NCBI GenBank assembly: GCA_002256025.1
Contig: NKIB01011400.1
Location: 62,001-90,114 of the forward strand
Origin: Asterionella formosa
Lineage: Eukaryota
Direction of reading: 5' to 3'
DNA length: 28,114 nucleotides
Below are positions 21,314-28,114 of the stretch, one piece after another (within the stretch, counting starts at the first letter, position 1; each line of letters begins with the position of its first letter). The position numbers were made by a program, and so were the translations under genes. The notes under the pieces were generated by a model. It did no database searches, was not told the DNA's origin, and was given only the letters and a program-made list of their open reading frames with translations.

Positions 21314-24079
21314 ATGCATTTATTTCGGTTCCAAAGTCCCAGTGGAAACGTTTCAAATCGTTCACACGGTCCCATATTTTGTACTGACGACACCGATATT
21401 GAGAATGCGATTAAAGATTCTACAGATACGGTGGCAAATCATCTGCTAATTTGCGATCCTAAAAGTCTACTTGAGCACACAGTGCAGACAAATGCGAAGA
21501 AGAACAAGACCAAGGGCGACACGAGCAAGTCCACAATCAATGGAAAGAAAGTTAAGAAGATGAGCGAAAGGGACTACGACATGGTCGAGGAATGGAAAAG
21601 TGGCATCGTAGTAGTCAAAGGATGTAAAAAAGTCGATGAATATGGTAATCCTGTAAAGAAGAAAAGGAAAACGAAGCGCAAAACAAAACCCATAACGACC
21701 GAATTGCACAATTGTTCCCCGAACGACGTGGTTGTGCTTGAATCAAAAGCTCTTCAACTTGTGCCAGTTCAATATTGGAAACAGGCCGAGCAACAAGCAC
21801 CTGAAGAAGGAAATCTTATGAGAGATGAGACTATGCTTTCATCCTCTCAGCAGCAAAGCACGTCTATTGAAACAACACTTGACATGACCCGAAGGAGACA
21901 GCTATCGTATAGGATCTTACGACGAGTACAGTCGCATTATTTCTCGTGGGATTCTTCGTTGGATCAATTATCACAAGTCCAAAAAGTAAACAAGGAAAGC
22001 AAGGCAGAATACCTTGATACGATGACGAAGTATAATTCTTCCATGACAGCAAGCCTTCATAGTGAACGAAGCAGTGTTCGCCTCGGGGACTACCTTGAAC
22101 GAACGAGTCCACGATTGGGAGGGAAAATAAAACGAAAAGAAGCTGCCCTTCATCGAGCCTTCGGAAAGCTTGACTTGAACGGAGACGATCAATTGGATCG
22201 ATATGAGATTGCACATTTCTTAGATGCGGCTGCCAAACAAATTCACCTCGATGTTGAGCGGGAAGTCATTGAAAACGCTGTAGACGCATTATTAGACGAC
22301 GTCGAGTCTGCGACTGGACCGGTTCCATACATTACAAGAGATAAATTCTTGAAAATATTTTCTCGTCACCCCGACATGATGAGTGCATTTGACGATGAGT
22401 CCACTTTGGCCTCACTTCATGCATCCGTCTTTTCCCGGGCCTTGTCAAAAGAAGAAATTATAGAAGTCGAAAAAGAAAGCGAGCAAGTTTGGGAACATGC
22501 CAGGACCCACTGGAGGAACCAGCGAGTCGCTTTGGTGTGGTTAATAATTTATTTGCTGGCAAACATTGCTGCCTTTGCGTACAAAGGCATCAAATATGCC
22601 AATAATGATGAAGCCCAAGCTGTCTTTGGCAATTGTGTCATCGTAGCAAGAGGAAGTGCCCAGTGTTTGAATCTCAATGTGTTTCTCATTCTGCTTCCCA
22701 TGTGCCGACACTTCATCACGCGAGTGAGGGCCTTTGGGAAACTGAGGTTTTGGTTCCCCTTTGATGCGGTCTTGGAGTTCCATATTCTGGTGGGAATCGC
22801 TATTGCTGTCTTTACCTCTGCCCATGTCCTTGCTCATATCTGCGACTTCACTCGTTTTGCGAGTGCCGACGAAGAAGACATTATCGATCTTTTCGGGGAA
22901 AAACTAGGTGACACTATCCCAGACACTAAACGAGAACGATGGTTACTTATGTTAAAGCAGCCAGTTTCAATCACAGGAGTCATCATGTTGGTTTGTATGG
23001 CGATTGCATATGCCACCATACATGGTCGACGAAAGCACTTCAACACTTTTTGGACTACTCACCACTTGTTCCTCGTCATGCTTGTTGCGTTGTGCTTCCA
23101 TGGTATGGGAAGCTTCCTTGAGCCCTTTCAGAGTGTCTACTGGGTTGCAGGACCACTACTGCTGTACTTAATTCCTCGTTTCTTTAGAGAAACGAAATGT
23201 GCCACCTGTCAAGTCTTGGATGTTGCACTTAAAGATGGCAACGTTGTTGGCTTGAAGTTGGCAAAGCCAGCTAGCTGGAAGAATCATGTCAAATCCGGCA
23301 TGTACGCTTTTGTGAATATCCCAAAGGTGTCGGTCATTGAGTGGCATCCATTTACACTCACGTCAGCCCCACACGAAGACTTTATTGAATTCCATTTTTG
23401 TCAAGCAGGTGATTGGACCAGCAGCGTCCACGCCCTTCTGAAAGAGTTAGTGGACCCAACATCGGAGGACACGACAAAGAATGATGTGCGGACGATACAA
23501 GATTTGGTCGTCAAGGTTGAAGGCCCTATTGGTGCTTCATCGCAAGGCTTTGCAGATTATCCGATACTCGTTCTGATAGGCGCTGGCATTGGTGTCACGC
23601 CTATGATTAGCGTCTTGAAGCAGCTGCTGAAGGAACCTGGAAAGATGAAACGTACTTTTTTGTACTGGACTGTGCGAGACCGTGCCTCCTTTGAGTGGTT
23701 TTGTGGCTTAATGGACGAAATCTATGAGAGTGATACGAAAAATGTGTTGCAAGTTCGCCACTTTCTGACATCAGTCAAGGATGATGACCACAATGTTGGG
23801 GCCATTCTGTTGCATCATGCTAATCGAGCCAGACACAAGCGCACCGATTTTGATTTATTATTAGGTCATCGAGTGCACCATCAAGTCGGAGTCGGTCGTC
23901 CAGATTGGGTAGAGGAGCTAAAATCTGTGCGATCAGAATCGAAGGAGTTAGGTTACAAGAAATGCGGTGTCTTTCTCTGTGGATCCGCGAAGATGGCAAA
24001 GGAGATAGCCGAAGTGAGCTTCAAACTTTCGACAGAAGATCCAAGCTTTCACTTTAACTTCACAAAGGAAACATTTTGA
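21314..24079 (+). CDS. RBOH: Respiratory burst oxidase homolog (EF-hand NADPH oxidase, RBOH/NOX), up to 921 aa, single exon
   Basis: EF-hand DLNGDDQLDRYE; heme-ligand His pairs HILVGIAIAVFTSAH and HHLFLVMLVALCFH; FAD motif EWHPFTLTSAP; NADPH motifs VEGPIG, LIGAGIGVTP and VFLCG; C-terminal KETF. The true start could be further downstream. Confidence 0.93.
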   Translation: MHLFRFQSPSGNVSNRSHGPIFCTDDTDIENAIKDSTDTVANHLLICDPKSLLEHTVQTNAKKNKTKGDTSKSTINGKKVKKMSERDYDMVEEWKSGIVVVKGCKKVDEYGNPVKKKRKTKRKTKPITTELHNCSPNDVVVLESKALQLVPVQYWKQAEQQAPEEGNLMRDETMLSSSQQQSTSIETTLDMTRRRQLSYRILRRVQSHYFSWDSSLDQLSQVQKVNKESKAEYLDTMTKYNSSMTASLHSERSSVRLGDYLERTSPRLGGKIKRKEAALHRAFGKLDLNGDDQLDRYEIAHFLDAAAKQIHLDVEREVIENAVDALLDDVESATGPVPYITRDKFLKIFSRHPDMMSAFDDESTLASLHASVFSRALSKEEIIEVEKESEQVWEHARTHWRNQRVALVWLIIYLLANIAAFAYKGIKYANNDEAQAVFGNCVIVARGSAQCLNLNVFLILLPMCRHFITRVRAFGKLRFWFPFDAVLEFHILVGIAIAVFTSAHVLAHICDFTRFASADEEDIIDLFGEKLGDTIPDTKRERWLLMLKQPVSITGVIMLVCMAIAYATIHGRRKHFNTFWTTHHLFLVMLVALCFHGMGSFLEPFQSVYWVAGPLLLYLIPRFFRETKCATCQVLDVALKDGNVVGLKLAKPASWKNHVKSGMYAFVNIPKVSVIEWHPFTLTSAPHEDFIEFHFCQAGDWTSSVHALLKELVDPTSEDTTKNDVRTIQDLVVKVEGPIGASSQGFADYPILVLIGAGIGVTPMISVLKQLLKEPGKMKRTFLYWTVRDRASFEWFCGLMDEIYESDTKNVLQVRHFLTSVKDDDHNVGAILLHHANRARHKRTDFDLLLGHRVHHQVGVGRPDWVEELKSVRSESKELGYKKCGVFLCGSAKMAKEIAEVSFKLSTEDPSFHFNFTKETF

Positions 24080-24418
24080 ACACGCTCCAAAATACTAAAC
24101 TTTTTCATCAGATGTCAATTAAGGTTAAATCAATTGCTTTAAAGAAATTAACATAATCATGTTTATAAAGTATTTGTCATAATAAAGACCTCCTTCACAA
24201 ACGCAAGTTCAGGCGCTGGCCCTACCAGCTCGTTGAATACCCTTTTTCAATAGTAGTATTGTAATGTTGATGAACAAGTTTGCTTAGCCTCATCAAGTCT
24301 CTCTCGCTCTGATAAAGACAAGACGATTCAGTCATTCTCTCGTTTCGTTCCAAAGCAAGGTATAATTCACTGTGAATGAGCCCCTGTAGTCATAATTTTC
24401 TCACATTGAGAATAAGGA

Positions 24419-26077
24419 TTATTCTAATGTTGCTGTGGTTGATAATGAAAATGAATTTTTTCCCAAAATTGCAAATTGAGGATCGTGCGGTCGTGCTTCT
24501 TCCAATGGCATCATGGGTGCATGGACTGGTGTAAACATGCAATTGGCATTCCATCCAAAGTACCCTAGTTGCATAACTGTTTGCAAAAAAATATAAAACG
24601 TTTTCATTGGACTGGGTTCCATTCCTGGAACGAACTCACCAAAGAACCCTCCACCTGGTGCCGATAATGAATATGCATTAATCAAGTAAACAGCGACCGC
24701 CAAACTGTACAGCAACCATCGCTCCCACCCCCTAGAGGCATACTCCCCCATGTACACTTGACTGCAGTTGTACTTGACCAATGGAGTAAACGCGAATGGG
24801 AGCAAGAAACCAATGGAGGAATTGACAAAATTGACCATCTTGTTGAGGTTTTTTGGAAAAAGGATACTAATGATGACACATGGAATAATTGCCACTAATC
24901 TGGTGAGGATAGCTCTTGTGGGTACTGACAACTGAATATTAAGAAATCCGTCCATGACATATTGGCCAGTGAATGTTGTTGTAATTGCTGATGACTGCCC
25001 CGATGCCAACAGACTAGTTGCCCATAGGAAACATCCAGCCTTTAGGGAAATGAAAAAGTTACAAAAGTCCGTCAACCCCACTAGGGCAGCACCGTCTGTT
25101 CCGTATACTCGCTCGGCCGCAATGGCTACTACAGCCATATTGACAAAGAAGCTAACTAAGATGGGAATTACTGGCTCCCATGAGCAATAGCGTACTGCTG
25201 CCTTGACGACACTTACACTTCTCTGTACAGGACGAGATTGACACGCAGCTGTGTGTAGATACAGATTGTGTGGCATGACAACAGATCCCAAAATTCCTGT
25301 AAGTGAAAACAAGTCCGAACCTGAGAATTCCGTGAATCCATACACCCACCCTTGCATCAGAGCCTTCCCGTCGACCCCAACAACGCCCGATTCAACAAAC
25401 AAGGCTATGGACATGATGGCAACAAAGCTAAACACAATCATCTCCAATGATTTGATGCCCAGCTGTATGGTAGCCAGGAATAGCATAGTTGTCACTGAAC
25501 TTAGCAATACTCCAGCAAAGTATGGCCACCCAAAGAAAATGTTCAATGCAATTCCAATCCCAATCACTTCCGGAAGATCCGTCACAATGATACTACATTC
25601 CGCAATGGCCCAGTTAAAATAGCGCAAGTACTTGTTGGGCGTATCTCGTGCCTGTGCTTCTGCCAATGTCACTTGACCATAGTAGGCCAGCCGAACACAT
25701 AGGATCTGCACGTAGATGGAAAGCACCGAGGTCCACCAGAGTGCAAAGAGGAGCGAGTACCGAGCAGTGGCTCCGGCCTGAATGTCCGCCTGGTAGTTTC
25801 CAGGGTCAATGTAGGCGATGCTAACGAACCAGCCGGGGCCTACAAAGTACAAAAAGTCTTTCCATCTACTTCCAGATGGCTTCCAGGGTATCTTATTGTA
25901 GCTGTGCTGCTGCTGCTGTTGTTGAGAGTCACTGCAATCTTGGAGAAGCTGCTTGTCTGAGATCACGGAAACTACTCCTTCTTCATCGTGATCTTCCTCT
26001 TCTGCTTCTTCCTTGGCTTCAGATCCTCTCCCATGTTGCGAGCCAGTAAAGACAGGGTGCTTGCCGAGAAAGGGCAT
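24419..26077 (-). CDS. NRAMP: NRAMP family divalent metal (Mn/Fe) transporter, 552 aa, single exon
   Basis: GPGWFVSIAYIDPGN (DPGN), VMPHNLYLHT (MPH) and SGQSSAITTTFTGQYVMDGFL (consensus transport motif), with many hydrophobic segments. Confidence 0.95.
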   Translation of the reverse strand: MPFLGKHPVFTGSQHGRGSEAKEEAEEEDHDEEGVVSVISDKQLLQDCSDSQQQQQQHSYNKIPWKPSGSRWKDFLYFVGPGWFVSIAYIDPGNYQADIQAGATARYSLLFALWWTSVLSIYVQILCVRLAYYGQVTLAEAQARDTPNKYLRYFNWAIAECSIIVTDLPEVIGIGIALNIFFGWPYFAGVLLSSVTTMLFLATIQLGIKSLEMIVFSFVAIMSIALFVESGVVGVDGKALMQGWVYGFTEFSGSDLFSLTGILGSVVMPHNLYLHTAACQSRPVQRSVSVVKAAVRYCSWEPVIPILVSFFVNMAVVAIAAERVYGTDGAALVGLTDFCNFFISLKAGCFLWATSLLASGQSSAITTTFTGQYVMDGFLNIQLSVPTRAILTRLVAIIPCVIISILFPKNLNKMVNFVNSSIGFLLPFAFTPLVKYNCSQVYMGEYASRGWERWLLYSLAVAVYLINAYSLSAPGGGFFGEFVPGMEPSPMKTFYIFLQTVMQLGYFGWNANCMFTPVHAPMMPLEEARPHDPQFAILGKNSFSLSTTATLE

Positions 26078-26292
26078 CTTTTCGTTGCAACTATTTCTAG
26101 GAGAAACGAGGATTGTGGAGGAGGAGTTGAAATATTTGTGTCACCATTCTCACCAAACGTGCGTCGTTCCAGAAAAAAAGATTCTATAAAATACGCATCG
26201 TAATAAAATACCGGTATAATGATATAACCACATCTGTCATGGGCTATTCTTTTAAACTTCCTCATGTCATTTCATTTTTCTATGTCTGTACA

Positions 26293-26927
26293 TACCTTGT
26301 CCTGGACCCCCTATGGTTGCTGGACCCCCTTGTACATTTTTCTCGAGGTGGAACCAAACACCCAATTATTTTCTTGTCATAGACAAAGTAACGTGCTATA
26401 TTTCTTTTTGTCCTCGTAGGCACTACTATATAATAATTTAGCAACCATTATGCGATTCTTTTGTACATACAAAACACAAGAGACGACACAGGTAGTGGCT
26501 GTGTGCAGATGGAGAATCCTTCATGATGTTGTCGCAACCTTGACCATGACGAAAATACGAATTATCTCCACGAAAATAGAGAACGACGCTTTGCTACTTG
26601 CTACCTGTATTAAGAACGACATGGAAAATACAATCGTAAAAGAAGTAAAGTAATAACACTAATAATGACAACGAAAATTGAGATCGCCGATAACAACATG
26701 AAGTCGCGTTTTTCTTGCGAGGTGAAGAACTCTCTCATTTTTCACAAGACGAAAATAAATGTCATATTAATACATCTTAGAAAAATGTGGGCTATCCTGT
26801 AGAACTAAAGAAATTTACTTAGGTCCATTATAAGGGAAATCTCTTCATTGTCCTGGGCCCCCCTTAAGTAAAATCAGTCAAATTCAGTCACGGCAGTGTA
26901 CATTGGGGGGTCCAGGACAATGAAGTA
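26293..26927. mobile_element. Putative non-autonomous TIR DNA element (MITE-like), ~630 bp
   Basis: TTGTCCTGGACCCCC (26297-26311) is inverted at 26906-26920. Extra copies of the motif lie at 26320-26329 and 26843-26863. TA occurs near both ends (26293-26294, 26926-26927). No transposase ORF inside. Confidence 0.6.
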
Positions 26928-27225
26928 TACGGTATATTCCGGTATGGATGATTATTTCATGGATTACAACATGTGTATTATATATATTCGTACATGAATG
27001 TACACATTCGTTCCACCAACACCATTGATCCTTTCCTTCAACATGTACATCGTGACATACCAGCTCCGAAACTGTTTCATACTACCGATGCATTCGCGGT
27101 TATATGAGCTGTCAAGATCATCAGCATTACCAGTATATCTTTCGCACACCCTCAAACTGCGTAGTGATGTACCCCCAATACAAGCTTGCTGGCAGGTACA
27201 TCATATGCTACCTGTGTTACTGCTG

Positions 27226-27356
27226 CACCCAGGTAGACTACCTGGTAGGGGTACCAGTACCCTGGTACCGTACTGGGAGTCTCCCTGGTATAGCTACCCG
27301 ATGGATGTACAATGCTCTGGGTGTGGTACTGACCAGGTACCTGGCACCTGGCACCA
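27226..27356. repeat. Degenerate GGTACC/CCWGG low-complexity array
   Basis: Dense CCAGGTA, TACCTGGTA, GGTACCAGTACCCTGGTACC and ACCAGGTACCTGGCACCTGGCACC units; same motif family as 4899-4953 and 19914-19931. Confidence 0.7.
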
Positions 27357-27391
27357 TATGTTGTTTGTTACCATACCTGGGTATGATATCT

Positions 27392-27710
27392 GTATCGTCA
27401 TTTGCTTGTTGGAATTGTCCGTTGCCTCAAACTTGCTTGCCATGTGCGTGCACACACTGTCGACTGGTTTTCAATGGTATGTTGTTCTTGTATTCACTGT
27501 TGAACTTGTCCGCATCTTTGTTACCATCAATAGAGCGACGCAGACGAAGTGGGTCTCTTCATTGTTGTTTGCTCCTGGAAAAGTCGGTGTCCGTGTCATC
27601 CTCATCAATAGAGAGACAAGTTCTTTTTATCATTGCGGTTTGCCGCTGGAAAAATTGGTACTCGTGGTATCGTCATTCGCTCGTTGGAACCACTGTCCGT
27701 TGCCTCAAAC
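27392..27710. repeat. ~42-bp imperfect direct repeat (27392-27432 and 27667-27710)
   Basis: GTATCGTCATTTGCTTGTTGGAATTGTCCGTTGCCTCAAAC versus GTATCGTCATTCGCTCGTTGGAACCACTGTCCGTTGCCTCAAAC. Confidence 0.75.
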
Positions 27711-27714
27711 CTGA

Positions 27715-27846
27715 TTAGCGGTAGGACTGAAGCGCGTCCAGAAAGATACGCTCCTTTTCGGCTACTGTGAGACGAAAGAGTTCCCCACTTTCCGGATCGA
27801 CGACACAGTATTCCTCGTCAGGACTAGTTTCGTTTTTGCTTGATTC
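27715..27846 (-). pseudogene. PGRL1: Truncated exon fragment resembling PGR5-like protein 1 (PGRL1)
   Basis: Manual translation after a polypyrimidine-TAG acceptor (AG at 27848-27847) gives ESSKNETSPDEEYCVVDPESGELFRLTVAEKERIFLDALQSYR followed by TAA (27717-27715). This resembles the PGRL1 N-terminal YC...E(K/M)E..FL.ALQ.(Y/F)Y block as I recall it; it is not in the ORF track. Confidence 0.55.
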
Positions 27847-28114
27847 CTATGGGGAAAGATGGAAGTAAGAATTTTTATTTACTCATAAATAGTTTTTAAT
27901 CAAGTACAGCCATTTGCAAATAACCGGACGCTGGTGTCATTTCTTTTGCTCCATCGACCGAGTCGGATAGAAGTGTCATGTTTATGACAAGTCTCTTCGT
28001 TCCAACCACTCCTCATATTCGAAACCCGTTTGATTCGTCGTTGTGGCAAGTTTTGTTGTGTTGCGCAGGAAGTCACAAATAGGCGGGAGACATCCATCGA
28101 CCAAGTCGGACAGA

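Noticed and set aside
26450..26653. 67-aa ORF inside the MITE-like element
   Set aside because: No HTH or DDE transposase motif.
26998..27718. Overlapping 238-aa and 204-aa plus-strand ORFs
   Set aside because: They cross the GGTACC array and the antisense of degenerate coding-like sequence; atypical composition and no motifs.

Overview
Eukaryotic nuclear DNA, most likely a diatom or related heterokont alga: short GT-AG introns of 106-142 nt, a bipartite plastid presequence with an AAF motif, and a TPR-like family typical of diatoms. Ten protein-coding genes are supported: UBE2Q-type ubiquitin-conjugating enzyme (+), TPR-like protein (-), plastid-targeted NiCoT/UreH/CGF-like metal transporter (-, 1 intron), type II membrane GH130/GT91-like beta-propeller protein with a Ser/Thr stalk (-), LITAF-domain protein (-, 1 intron), M1 puromycin-sensitive aminopeptidase (-, 2 introns), Cdc14 phosphatase (+, 2 introns), two-repeat coiled-coil protein (-), EF-hand NADPH oxidase RBOH/NOX (+) and NRAMP transporter (-). 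Non-coding structure includes a ~630 bp MITE-like element upstream of NRAMP, an apparent truncated PGRL1 exon fragment near the right end, CpG-depleted intergenic blocks, a duplicated hairpin unit, and recurring TACCGGTA/TACCWGGTA palindromes upstream of most genes. No prokaryotic-type system, CRISPR array, rRNA or tRNA was seen. All family calls are from motif recognition only, not from database searches.
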